Both the position numbers and the translations under genes were made by a program. This document shows, piece by piece, positions 1-11,139 of a stretch of 34,762 bases of DNA. Every line of letters starts with the position of its first letter. Position 1 is the stretch's first letter. The DNA is from Mycoplasmatota bacterium (GTDB lineage: Bacteria > Bacillota_I > Bacilli_A > RF39 > UBA660). The notes under the pieces are model-generated. The model did not search any database and was not told the DNA's origin. It saw nothing but the letters and a program-made list of their open reading frames with translations. Location: assembly GCA_012727915.1 (NCBI GenBank), contig JAAYGD010000001.1, positions 1-34,762 of the forward strand, written 5' to 3'.

Positions 1-904
1 CTGATTGTGCATCTGTACTTCCACTTATTGTTCCTGATACACTTGCTGCTTTTGTCCATGCTTCACTTACTGTTAATGTTGGTACACTTGGTGCTGTTGT
101 ATCTACTCTATTTGGTGGTGATGTACATGATGTTGTTAATCCAGCATTATTACTTATTAATACACTACATGTGCTTCCATTTGTTGCTCCTGTTACACAT
201 GACCCACCTGCTGTTGATATTCCTGATTGTGTATCCGTACTACTTGCTAATGTAAATGATTGTGTTCCACTTGCTTTCCATGGGCTTATACTTGGTGTCC
301 ACGTTCCACATACTGGTACTGATGTATCTACTCTTGTTACTGATGTTGGACTTGTTGTACTTGATGTTGATAATCCTACATTATTTGTTGCTGTTACATA
401 GTATTGATAACAATTTCCGCTTGCTACTGTTGATGTATATGGGCTTGTTTGTGTTCCTAAACTTGTCCATGCTCCATAAGCTCCACATGTTCCGTTTGTC
501 ATTGTTGCACTTCTTCTATATAATGTATAATTTGCCATTCCTGATTCTGAATCTGTTGCTGAGAACGTTACACTTTGTGTTGTACCTGTTATATATCCAT
601 TTGTATAAGATATTGCTACACTTGTTGGTGCTGTTCTATCTATTCTTACTACTTTTGATGTTGTTGTACTTGATGTTCCTGCTCCATTTATTGCTCTTAC
701 TGTTACTGTTGTTTGTCCTGCATTTGTTACTGTAAATGCTGTTCCTGTTGTCCATCCTAATGTTGTTGCTCCACTCATACTATATTCATATCTTAATATT
801 CCTGATTGTGCATCAACACTTCCATCTATTGTTCCTGATACACTTGCTGCACTTGTCCATGTTTCATTTACTGTTAATGTTGGTACGCTTGGTGCTGATG
901 TATC
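1..904 (-). repeat. Diverged intragenic repeat module B: copies at 641-904 and 1-103 (partial)
   Basis: DTSAPSVPTLTVNETWTSAASVSGTIDGSVDAQS versus DTTAPSVPTLTVSEAWTKAASVSGTISGSTDAQS. Confidence 0.9.
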
Positions 905-2170
905 TACTCTTGTTGTTCCTGCTGGGCTTGTTGAACTATTAGATGTTAATCCAGCATTATTTCTTGCTAACACATAATATTGATAACAATTTCCACTTAC
1001 TACTGTTGATGTATATGGACTTGTTTGTGTTCCTAAACTACTCCATGCTCCATATGTTCCACACATATTATTTGTTAATGTTGCGCTTCTTCTATATACT
1101 GTATAATTTAATATTCCTGATATTGTATCACTTGATGAGAATGTTACACTTTGTGTTGTAACTGTTATATATCCGTTTGTATACGCTATTGTTGGTACTG
1201 CTGGTGCTGTTCTATCATATGTTACTAATCCTCCACTTGTTACATTTGTTTGTTCTAATCCTAAATTATTCCATATATCATAATAATTGCTTACATTTAC
1301 ACTTAATGATCCTTCAGTTAAAGCTGCTTCTGCTGCTGGTATTGTATATGTTGCTACTCTTGTATTTCCACTTCCTGTTACTGTTGCTGTTCTTCCTCCT
1401 ATTGTTACTGTTGGATCTGTTACACTCTTAGTAAATGTTAAATTTAATGTTACTGTATTTCCATTTATTGCGTACTTATTATTTGTTGTATTATTACTTA
1501 TTGCTACTGCTGTTGTTACCATTGGTGGTATTCCGTCATATACTATTACTGTTCTTGTTTCTGTATCTATTGTATCCCCCAAATTACTCTTTAAAACATA
1601 ATTAACTGTATAAGTACCTACTGTATTTATATCTATATCACTTGTTACTGTTACTCTATCTGTAGCCAAATTACCAAACTCATCGACTGCAATAAAACCC
1701 GGTTCTACATATACAGTTGGTTCATATATAGTATTTTGTCTCAAATAAAAAGGATTATCTCCTATTAAAGTAATAGTTGAAAAAACCAATTCACACATAT
1801 TTATATCTTCAAAAACTTGAACATTACCATTAAATTCTTTTAAAGCACAATAATTTTCTTTAAAAAGAGTAAAAGCTACTTGTCCTCTATCGTTTAAAAA
1901 AATAGTTCCAGAATCAGGTAAATCTCCAGTTACTTTGACATCTTCTTCTACAAAATTACCATCCACTATATTTATTATTTTATTTTCATAATCTTTTAAT
2001 ATAGAAGAACTTTCCAGTTTCCTAGCAATAGAATTAGAGGACGCTTCAAAAGCTCTTTCTTTGGAACCATCAATGATATTTAATACATTTGGTATAGCAA
2101 TTGCTAAAATTGTACCTAAAATTATTATTACAGATATTAGCTCTATTAAAGTAAAACCTTTTTTATTCAT
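1..2170 (-). CDS. Large type IV prepilin-like surface protein (>723 aa, 3' end off window): class III signal, pilin domain, DUF5011-like Ig domain, then tandem Thr/Ser-rich Ig-like modules
   Basis: Not in ORF track. Hand translation from ATG at 2170 (SD AAGAGG upstream): MNKKG|FTLIELISVIIILGTILAIAIP..., then ITLIGDNP..YVEPGFIAVD..VGTYTVNY..RTVIV (DUF5011-like). The frame appears open to position 1, with repeated D-x-T/S-x-P...D-x-x-SG...N-x-A/V-G modules. Confidence 0.92.
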   Translation of the reverse strand, partial: MNKKGFTLIELISVIIILGTILAIAIPNVLNIIDGSKERAFEASSNSIARKLESSSILKDYENKIINIVDGNFVEEDVKVTGDLPDSGTIFLNDRGQVAFTLFKENYCALKEFNGNVQVFEDINMCELVFSTITLIGDNPFYLRQNTIYEPTVYVEPGFIAVDEFGNLATDRVTVTSDIDINTVGTYTVNYVLKSNLGDTIDTETRTVIVYDGIPPMVTTAVAISNNTTNNKYAINGNTVTLNLTFTKSVTDPTVTIGGRTATVTGSGNTRVATYTIPAAEAALTEGSLSVNVSNYYDIWNNLGLEQTNVTSGGLVTYDRTAPAVPTIAYTNGYITVTTQSVTFSSSDTISGILNYTVYRRSATLTNNMCGTYGAWSSLGTQTSPYTSTVVSGNCYQYYVLARNNAGLTSNSSTSPAGTTRVDTSAPSVPTLTVNETWTSAASVSGTIDGSVDAQSGILRYEYSMSGATTLGWTTGTAFTVTNAGQTTVTVRAINGAGTSSTTTSKVVRIDRTAPTSVAISYTNGYITGTTQSVTFSATDSESGMANYTLYRRSATMTNGTCGAYGAWTSLGTQTSPYTSTVASGNCYQYYVTATNNVGLSTSSTTSPTSVTRVDTSVPVCGTWTPSISPWKASGTQSFTLASSTDTQSGISTAGGSCVTGATNGSTCSVLISNNAGLTTSCTSPPNRVDTTAPSVPTLTVSEAWTKAASVSGTISGSTDAQS
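329..1216 (-). repeat. Diverged intragenic repeat module A (104 aa): copies at 905-1216 and 329-640
   Basis: Both read DRTAP..I.YTNGYIT.TTQSVTFS..D..SG..NYT.YRRSAT.TN..CG.YGAW.SLGTQTSPYTSTV.SGNCYQYYV.A.NN.GL; offset 576 bp at both ends. Confidence 0.92.
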
Positions 2171-2194
2171 ATATTTACCTCTTATTATAAGTTA

Positions 2195-2223
2195 ATAATA
2201 ACAAAAATATATAAACTTTTCAA
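2195..2223 (-). promoter_or_regulatory. Putative sigma-A promoter of the large prepilin
   Basis: TTGAAA (2223-2218), 17 bp spacer, TATTAT (2200-2195) with extended TG. Confidence 0.55.
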
Positions 2224-2227
2224 TAGT

Positions 2228-3490
2228 TTACAATATATTATTTATATTTAATAACATTATTTCTTTTAGTTTATTGATTTCTTCAATATTTCCTTTTTCT
2301 TTTATCAATAAATAATTAGATGAATGCCCAATTAAATATCCATCTTTATATGTTTCTGGAATAATAATTGCTTTTTTATTAATAAATTTATTTTTATAAT
2401 TGTTTTCCAATTCATTAGATAAATCTATTAATATTTTTGATCTTTTTCTCTTAGTTATTGAATCAATTTGATTTTGCATTAAAGCTGCTTTGGTTCCATT
2501 TCTTTTAGAATAAGGAAAAACATGTAATTTAGAAAAATTAATATCTCTTATTGTACTAACGGTTTCATTAAAATCTTCATCAGTTTCATTAGGGAAACCA
2601 ACAATAACATCAGTAGTAATAGAAATATCTGGCCTTATTTGTCTAATAACATCTATTTTGTTTTTAAAATAATTAACATCATATTTTCTTAACATATCTT
2701 TTAAAGTTTTATTACAACCGGATTGAATTGGAATGTGTAAGTGCTCCGCGATAATATCGATATCTTTTAAGCATTTTAAAAATTTATCATCTATTTCTGT
2801 TATTTCTATTGATGATAATCTTATTCTTTTTAAATTATCTATTTTACTTAAATTAATTAATACATCTGATAAATCATTTATTCCTTTTTCTTTGCCATAA
2901 TGACCTGTATGAATACCCGTTAATACTATTTCCTTATACCCATTATGAACTAATTTAGTTACTTCATTTATAATATCATCCATATCTTTTGATCTAATAT
3001 TTCCTCTTGCATAAGGAATTATGCAGTAAGAACAATAATTATTGCATCCATCTTGAATTTTAACAAAAGCTCTTGTTTTAGTATTAAAATTATCTATTGA
3101 CATATTTTCAAAATTACATTTATATATATCTTCAATTTTATATATTTGTTTTTTATTTTTGATATAATCTTCAACTAATTCCACTATTTTAGATTTATTA
3201 GATGTCCCAATTATTATATCTATTCCATCAATATTTATTTCTTTATTAACTTGAGAATAACATCCTACCAATGCTAAGGTAGAATTAGGATAATTATTTT
3301 TTATATGATTTATAGTCTTTCTTGTTTTTATATCAGCATTATTTGTAACCGTACAAGAATTAATTACATAAATATCAGCATATTCTTTAAATTCTACTAA
3401 AGAATATCCTTTTTCTTTAAATTTACTCATCATTACTTCAGTTTCATATAAATTAACTTTACATCCCAAAGTATAAAAAGCTACTTTCAT
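2228..3490 (-). CDS. mtaB: tRNA t6A37 methylthiotransferase MtaB (radical SAM)
   Basis: N-terminal TLGCKVNLYE, INSCTVT, VGCYSQ; KIQDGCNNYCSYC; LTGIHTG; HVFPYSKR.GT.A. Confidence 0.93.
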   Translation of the reverse strand: MKVAFYTLGCKVNLYETEVMMSKFKEKGYSLVEFKEYADIYVINSCTVTNNADIKTRKTINHIKNNYPNSTLALVGCYSQVNKEINIDGIDIIIGTSNKSKIVELVEDYIKNKKQIYKIEDIYKCNFENMSIDNFNTKTRAFVKIQDGCNNYCSYCIIPYARGNIRSKDMDDIINEVTKLVHNGYKEIVLTGIHTGHYGKEKGINDLSDVLINLSKIDNLKRIRLSSIEITEIDDKFLKCLKDIDIIAEHLHIPIQSGCNKTLKDMLRKYDVNYFKNKIDVIRQIRPDISITTDVIVGFPNETDEDFNETVSTIRDINFSKLHVFPYSKRNGTKAALMQNQIDSITKRKRSKILIDLSNELENNYKNKFINKKAIIIPETYKDGYLIGHSSNYLLIKEKGNIEEINKLKEIMLLNINNIL

Positions 3491-3501
3491 ATTTCCTCCA
3501 C

Positions 3502-3529
3502 AAAAAAACTTATACTATAATTATAAGTT
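3502..3529 (-). terminator. Probable intrinsic terminator after the membrane-anchored hypothetical gene
   Basis: AACTTATA/TATAAGTT inverted repeat followed by a T run on the minus strand; weak AT-rich stem. Confidence 0.45.
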
Positions 3530-4027
3530 CTTTCTAAATTCTTTCAAACTTTTTAAAAAAGTTTCATTTATATCATAATCAGGAACTTTATAAGACTCCT
3601 CTTTAGGAATAGTAACATTCGAATTTGGAGTGGTTCCTTTTAATAATTCTTCATAACTAATAACCGCAGTTTTTTCTTGTTCATCTTCATATATATCAGT
3701 AACATCTTCATTAACATCATATGTTACTTTTTTAATTTCATCTACAATCTTTTTTAAATCTTTAGTTTTTTCATTAGATTCATCAATAGAAATATCAACA
3801 TTTGTAGATTTTTTTATTTCTTCTAACTTTTTTTCATCTTCTTTAATTAATTTCAATTGTTTATTTTCTATTATTTGCTTAGTATTATTTTGTAATACAG
3901 CCATTACAATCAATACTATCAATATTAAAAATAATAATAAAACAACATAAAAAACTAATTTACCAACTTCGTTTAATCTGTCGTAAAAAGAACTAAAGTT
4001 TAGTATATAAATATTAAGTATATTCAT
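3521..4027 (-). CDS. Hypothetical protein with one N-terminal TM helix and an acidic coiled cytoplasmic region (168 aa)
   Basis: Start moved to ATG 4027 (SD AGGAG 5 nt upstream); hydrophobic LVFYVVLLLFLILIVLIVMAVL followed by an E/K-rich region. Confidence 0.8.
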   Translation of the reverse strand: MNILNIYILNFSSFYDRLNEVGKLVFYVVLLLFLILIVLIVMAVLQNNTKQIIENKQLKLIKEDEKKLEEIKKSTNVDISIDESNEKTKDLKKIVDEIKKVTYDVNEDVTDIYEDEQEKTAVISYEELLKGTTPNSNVTIPKEESYKVPDYDINETFLKSLKEFRKNL

Positions 4028-4142
4028 ATTAACTCCTATCAATATAATTTTATCATAAATACAAATTAATAAAACTATTTTTTTACCCAGTTTACATCTT
4101 CAAATACATTATATATTATAAAAATATTATTATCAACTTTAA

Positions 4143-4171
4143 TTGAAAAAAAACATTTTATTTGATATACT
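4143..4171 (+). promoter_or_regulatory. Putative sigma-A promoter of the Clp-like ATPase
   Basis: TTGAAA 4143-4148, 17 bp spacer, TG-a-TATACT 4163-4171; SD AAGGAG before ATG 4199. Confidence 0.7.
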
Positions 4172-4198
4172 TTAATATAAGAATAAAGGAGTTTTTTT

Positions 4199-5170
4199 AT
4201 GGTAGAAAATTTATTTGATGAAACAGAACTAAATAATGTTGCTAATAGTAGTACGTCTATAAGTAAAAACTTTAAAATGATAGATAGATACGGCGAAATA
4301 TTAACTGATAAAGAATATATTACAGATCCCGCAATAGCAAGAGATGAAGAAATAAAAAAAACTATGCTTACTCTTTTCACTCCAGAAAAATCTCCTGTTT
4401 TAGTAGGTAAACCTGGTATTGGTAAAACCGCTATTGTTGAAGGTATAGCATATAGAATTCAAAGAAATGAAGTTCCTGATGCATTAAAAGGTTTTAAAAT
4501 TATAAAAATAAATGCTGTAGCAATGGTTGGAAGTATAGTAAGTGAAGGCAATCAAGATGCTAAGGTTCAATTATTAATCGAAGAAATAGAACAATTGAAT
4601 AAAACAATATTATTTATTGATGAAACTCACACTTTAGTTGGAAATAAAGAAAATGGTGGACTTGATTTTGCAAATATATTTAAACCTTCTTTATCAAGAG
4701 GAGACATAAAAATGATAGGAGCTACCACTACAGATGAATTTGATTATTACATAGTAAAAGATAAAGCTTTCTTAAGAAGATTAGAAAGAATTGATATATT
4801 AGAACCTAATGCAGAAATGACACTTAAAATATTAATGGGAACATTACCTAAAATTGAAAAAACAACAGGAGCAAAATTTAATTACTCTTCATTTATTACA
4901 GAACAAGTAATGAAGTTTATCGTAGATATGACTAAAGAATACAATAGAATATTTGAATCAGCTTCTAGATATCCAGATGTATGTTTTGTAATTATTACTA
5001 AAATGTTCTCTTTTGCTATCTTTGATAATAGCAACGAAGTTAAATTTAAACATATATGGGAAGCAGTTAAAAATACAAATACAGTTTATCCTGATGTAAT
5101 AAAAAAATATACTGAAATATTTAAAATTCAATTTAAAAGAGAATTAGAAGAAGAAAATGTTATAATATAA
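4199..5170 (+). CDS. Stand-alone single AAA+ domain resembling ClpA/ClpB NBD1
   Basis: DPAIARDEEI, Walker A GKPGIGKT, VP-D-ALKG, Walker B ILFIDE, KPSLSRG, IGATT, DKAFLRR, RYPD; only 323 aa. Confidence 0.88.
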   Translation: MVENLFDETELNNVANSSTSISKNFKMIDRYGEILTDKEYITDPAIARDEEIKKTMLTLFTPEKSPVLVGKPGIGKTAIVEGIAYRIQRNEVPDALKGFKIIKINAVAMVGSIVSEGNQDAKVQLLIEEIEQLNKTILFIDETHTLVGNKENGGLDFANIFKPSLSRGDIKMIGATTTDEFDYYIVKDKAFLRRLERIDILEPNAEMTLKILMGTLPKIEKTTGAKFNYSSFITEQVMKFIVDMTKEYNRIFESASRYPDVCFVIITKMFSFAIFDNSNEVKFKHIWEAVKNTNTVYPDVIKKYTEIFKIQFKRELEEENVII

Positions 5171-5187
5171 ATTATAAGGAGAAATTT

Positions 5188-5442
5188 CTGAAAAATGAAG
5201 AATTAATTGATACAATAGCTCTTGAGTCTGCAAAAATTTATATAGCTGATCAAATAGGACTAAAGAATGAACAAAGAAATGCACCTTATGGTGAACATAG
5301 ACCAGACCAATCAATATTTGAGGGCCGTTATGCTGATCCAGAATTAATTGCAGAAAAAATGTTAGAAGTTTATCGTTATACAAGAGAAAAACTAAAAAAA
5401 ATAGTTACTATAGATCAAAACAATACACCCAAAATATATTAG
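5188..5442 (+). CDS. Unannotated 84-aa hypothetical protein, probable CTG start
   Basis: SD AAGGAG then 6 nt then CTG. Open frame (M)KNEELIDTIALESAKIYIADQIGLKNEQRNAPYGEHRPDQSIFEGRYADPELIAEKMLEVYRYTREKLKKIVTIDQNNTPKIY* fills the gap between the ATPase and the terminator. Confidence 0.72.
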   Translation: MKNEELIDTIALESAKIYIADQIGLKNEQRNAPYGEHRPDQSIFEGRYADPELIAEKMLEVYRYTREKLKKIVTIDQNNTPKIY

Positions 5443-5457
5443 AAATTAATATTAAAT

Positions 5458-5482
5458 AAAAAACTATCAATTGATAGTTTTT
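5458..5482. terminator. Bidirectional terminator between the convergent ATPase operon and dnaJ
   Basis: AAAAAACTATC-AATT-GATAGTTTTT palindrome with A/T tails on both sides. Confidence 0.8.
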
Positions 5483-6593
5483 ATTTTGTTTTTTTAAGAT
5501 AATTATTATATCTATTAAATTTTTCGTTTTCTAAATCAGTATTAGATAAATCGTTAATTAATTCTCTTTGTTTTCTATCTAATTTAGTAGGAGTTATGAC
5601 TTTTACTATTACAAACATATCTCCTTTTCTTTTTGTTTGAACATTTTCAATTCCTTTTCCTTTTATTCTGTGTCTATCTTCGTTTTGAGTTCCTGCTGGT
5701 ATTGATAATATAACATTACCATAAACTGTTGGAACTTCTTTTTTGCATCCTAATATGGCATCTGTAATTGTAATAGGTAAATCTATATATATATCATCTT
5801 CTTCTCTATAATAAAATTCATGTGGTTTAACTTTAAATTCTATATATACATCTCCATTTGGACCACCATTTACTCCAACTTCTCCTTTACCCGCTACTCT
5901 TAATTGATTTCCATTATCTATACCAGGTGGTAAAGTAACTTTTATTTTTTTGTTCTTTTTTACTATTCCTTTTCCATAACAGGCTGAACAAACCTTATCA
6001 TATGATTCTCCACTTCCTCCACAAACATTACAAGTAGTTCTTGTTTGAAAAGATCCTAATATAGTTCTTTGCTCTTGGATTATAGTACCTCTTCCCCCAC
6101 ATTTAGAGCAAGTATTTATACCATGTCCACCTTTTCCGTCACACGCTTCGCATTCTTCATAAGTATCTATTTCTATTTCCTTCTCAGAACCAAACACTGA
6201 TTCCTCAAATGTTATTGTCATAGATACACTAACATCTCTACCCTTTTTTCTTCTATTAGAAGTTGTATTATAACCACCAAATCCAAAAGAAGAACCAAAA
6301 ATATCTGAAAATATATCTCCAAAATCGAAATCATTTGGATTAAATCCACCATTAAAACCACCGGCACCATTATTAAATGCTTGATGTCCATATTGATCAT
6401 ATTGTGTTTTCTTTTCTTTATCAGATAAAACTGCATAAGCTTCTTGAATTTCTTTAAACTTAGCTTCAGCATCCTTCTCTTTACTTACATCTGGATGATA
6501 TTTTTTTGCAAGCTTTTTAAATGCTGATTTTATTTCATCTTCAGATGCACCCTTAGATATTCCTAATGTTTCATAATAATCTTTTTTGTTCAT
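5481..6593 (-). CDS. dnaJ: Chaperone DnaJ
   Basis: J domain with HPD, G/F region, four CxxCxGxG motifs. Confidence 0.98.
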   Translation of the reverse strand: MNKKDYYETLGISKGASEDEIKSAFKKLAKKYHPDVSKEKDAEAKFKEIQEAYAVLSDKEKKTQYDQYGHQAFNNGAGGFNGGFNPNDFDFGDIFSDIFGSSFGFGGYNTTSNRRKKGRDVSVSMTITFEESVFGSEKEIEIDTYEECEACDGKGGHGINTCSKCGGRGTIIQEQRTILGSFQTRTTCNVCGGSGESYDKVCSACYGKGIVKKNKKIKVTLPPGIDNGNQLRVAGKGEVGVNGGPNGDVYIEFKVKPHEFYYREEDDIYIDLPITITDAILGCKKEVPTVYGNVILSIPAGTQNEDRHRIKGKGIENVQTKRKGDMFVIVKVITPTKLDRKQRELINDLSNTDLENEKFNRYNNYLKKTK

Positions 6594-6607
6594 TCTTCCT
6601 CCAACCT

Positions 6608-6630
6608 AAGAAAAGAGTATTGCTACTCTT
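6608..6630 (-). terminator. Intra-operon hairpin between dnaK and dnaJ (partial terminator or mRNA stabiliser)
   Basis: Minus strand AAGAGTA-GCAA-TACTCTT followed by TTCTT. Confidence 0.6.
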
Positions 6631-6635
6631 ATTTT

Positions 6636-8942
<2,307 letters not shown>

Positions 8943-8946
<4 letters not shown>

Positions 8947-9938
8947 TCCCTCTCAATCTTCTTCTTTACATAATCTAAATAACTAACTACCTTATCGTAT
9001 TCCATTCTTTTTGGACCTATAATCGCAATAGTACCTTCTTCTCCATTAATATTATATTTTGTCTTTATCATAGTAACATCTGAATCTATATTACTTTCAT
9101 CTCCAATATAAATATTAATACCATCTTTGGTTTCTTCAACAGTATGTATTAAATCTTCATCATTTAATTTTTTAATTATTTTTCTCATTTTTTCAGAATC
9201 ATCAAATTCTGGTTGAGATAACATATTAGTTTTAACCGATACATTATAATTATTAGATTTTTGAGTAAATTCATTAAATGCATCATAAAATATGTTATAT
9301 ATAGCTTCATGTTGTTTAATATAATTACCTATTATAGGTTTAATTTCAAACTCTAATTTTTCACTTACTTCATCAATTGGAGTTCCTATTAACAAACTAT
9401 TAATCAAATCTACCATTTTTTTTATTTCTTCAACAGATAAGTTTTTTCCTATATTAATAGACTTATTCTCTACATGACCTTTATCTGTTATTATGATTGC
9501 TACAAGCGAAAACTCACTAATAGGTATTACTTCAATTTTTTTTAATTTATTATCAGCTGAGGATTTTCCCAAAACTATAGAAGTATAAGATGTCATATCT
9601 GATATAATTTCCATACTCTTAGTTATAGCGTCAGTTAATATCAATTTATTATTCTTAAATATTGTTTGTAATTTTAAAACTTCTTCTCCAGTCATTTCTT
9701 TAGGTTTCATTAATTCATCAACATAATATCTATAACCTTTTTCACTAGGTATTCTTCCTGAAGAAGTATGAGTCTTTTCTAAATAACCTAAATCTTCTAA
9801 ATCAGCCATATCATTTCTTATTGTTGCTGATGAACAATCTAATTCATCACATAAAGATTTTGATCCAACTGGTTTTACAGTTTTAATATATTCTTCAACT
9901 ATTTTTTTTAATAATTCTTTTTGTCTATTAGTAATCAA
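8943..9938 (-). CDS. hrcA: Heat-inducible repressor HrcA (TTG start)
   Basis: PVGSK, SSATIRNDM, HTSSGRIPS.KGYRYYVD, IIGPKRM.Y; SD GGAGGTG. Confidence 0.97.
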
Positions 9939-9966
9939 TATGCCACCTCCTCAACCAAACAATATG

Positions 9967-9995
9967 ATTATATTATATCTTTTTAGCAATGTCAA
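9967..9995 (-). promoter_or_regulatory. Consensus sigma-A promoter of the hrcA operon
   Basis: TTGACA (9995-9990), 17 bp spacer, TATAAT (9972-9967). Confidence 0.9.
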
Positions 9996-10009
9996 TAGAA
10001 GAGTGCTAA
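9983..10009. promoter_or_regulatory. CIRCE operator (HrcA site)
   Basis: TTAGCAatg-N9-GAGTGCTAA versus consensus TTAGCACTC-N9-GAGTGCTAA: one perfect arm, two mismatches in the other. Confidence 0.9.
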
Positions 10010-10035
10010 AAAAGAAATATTATTCATATTTCTTT
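10008..10035 (-). terminator. Probable terminator of rnfCD
   Basis: AAAGAAATAT-N5-ATATTTCTTT hairpin with the T run abutting the CIRCE. Confidence 0.6.
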
Positions 10036-10061
10036 CTAAACAATTTAATTTACTTATTATT

Positions 10062-11138
10062 TTATATGGTTCTAGACACAAAATAAGATACTATAACCGC
10101 AAATATTACTCCTATAAGGACAAATATATAACCATAATTACTATCTTGTTTTGATTTAACTCCCAATCTATCTAACAATAGAACTAATATATTCATTAAT
10201 ATTACTGCTACTAATATTCTTTCTGGATTATCAGTTAAAAATCTAACGCATACAGTTAACACCCCTAACCCCAATCCATATAGTATTTGACCAACACTAG
10301 TAGTTGGTGTAGTTACAGGGTCTGTCATAAATACAGCTATAAACAATAAACTTCCACTTAATAAATTAAATATTGGGAACCATATTCCCTCTCCATGATT
10401 AGAAGCAATCATAAACGTCATAATAAATACTGTAAGCAAATATGATAATGTTACTTTCCATTTAATTACTTTTAATATAGAAAGAAATACAAAAGATAAT
10501 AATATCAAAAATGCATTTGTTGTTCCTATGCTTCCAGGAACTGTTCCAAATAGAAAATTAAATAAATTACCATAAGGAGAAACTAAATTATTATAATTTA
10601 TTGATGTATAATCTAAAGTAACTACTGAAGAATATTTTTCAAGTTCTAATGGATTCAAATAATTAGAAAAATTTGATAATAAACTTCCAAATAATAATAT
10701 TATAATTACATATCCTAATGCTGCAGGATTAAAAAGATTTTCTCCAAAACCGCCATATATCATTTTTCCAAATAAAGTTGCAACTATAGCTCCTAATATT
10801 ACAACATATATTGGAACATTTATTGGTAACAATAGAGATAAAAATAAGCCCGGAATAATTGAATAAAACGGCAAATTCTTTTTATATCCCAATCTATTAC
10901 TTTCAATCTTTAAATATATTCTTTCAGTAAAGAAAGAAGTTATACAAGCTACAATAATTACTATTAAAGGATAAAATACATCTAATAGAGGGTATTTATT
11001 TTCTATAAATACTAAAAACACATTCTTATAAACCGAAAACAACAATAATGGAATTAATACCAATAATAGTCTTTTATAAATTAAATCTGTAGAATCTTCA
11101 TCTCTAATATGAGGTCCACTATCAATCGCATATTTCAT
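10062..11138 (-). CDS. rnfD: RnfD/NqrB-family membrane protein, divergent (358 aa)
   Basis: Start moved to ATG 11138 (SD AAGGAG); SGPHIR, KMIYGGFGENLFNPA, PGSIG, TDPVTTP; multiple TM helices; directly after rnfC. Confidence 0.85.
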   Translation of the reverse strand: MKYAIDSGPHIRDEDSTDLIYKRLLLVLIPLLLFSVYKNVFLVFIENKYPLLDVFYPLIVIIVACITSFFTERIYLKIESNRLGYKKNLPFYSIIPGLFLSLLLPINVPIYVVILGAIVATLFGKMIYGGFGENLFNPAALGYVIIILLFGSLLSNFSNYLNPLELEKYSSVVTLDYTSINYNNLVSPYGNLFNFLFGTVPGSIGTTNAFLILLSFVFLSILKVIKWKVTLSYLLTVFIMTFMIASNHGEGIWFPIFNLLSGSLLFIAVFMTDPVTTPTTSVGQILYGLGLGVLTVCVRFLTDNPERILVAVILMNILVLLLDRLGVKSKQDSNYGYIFVLIGVIFAVIVSYFVSRTI

Positions 11139-11139
11139 A

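Noticed and set aside
1..1216. Possible diversity-generating retroelement TR/VR pair
   Set aside because: Both copies are in-frame in one gene, differences are not confined to adenines of one copy, and no reverse transcriptase is in the window.
7..1601. Seven + strand ORFs, mostly Leu/His/Met-rich
   Set aside because: Antisense shadows of the A-ending codons of the minus-strand prepilin gene; no SD or protein-like signal.
4075..4380. 101-aa minus-strand ORF
   Set aside because: Antisense to the ATPase and runs through its promoter region.
5137..5190. -1 frameshift fusing the ATPase to the 84-aa ORF
   Set aside because: The -1 frame is open from 5137, but no properly phased slippery heptamer was found; SD plus CTG is the simpler explanation.
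5171..5455. Structured ncRNA (6S, tmRNA) or the minus-strand 79-aa ORF in the gap before dnaJ
   Set aside because: No terminal pairing or tRNA-like ends; the region is explained by the plus-strand ORF.
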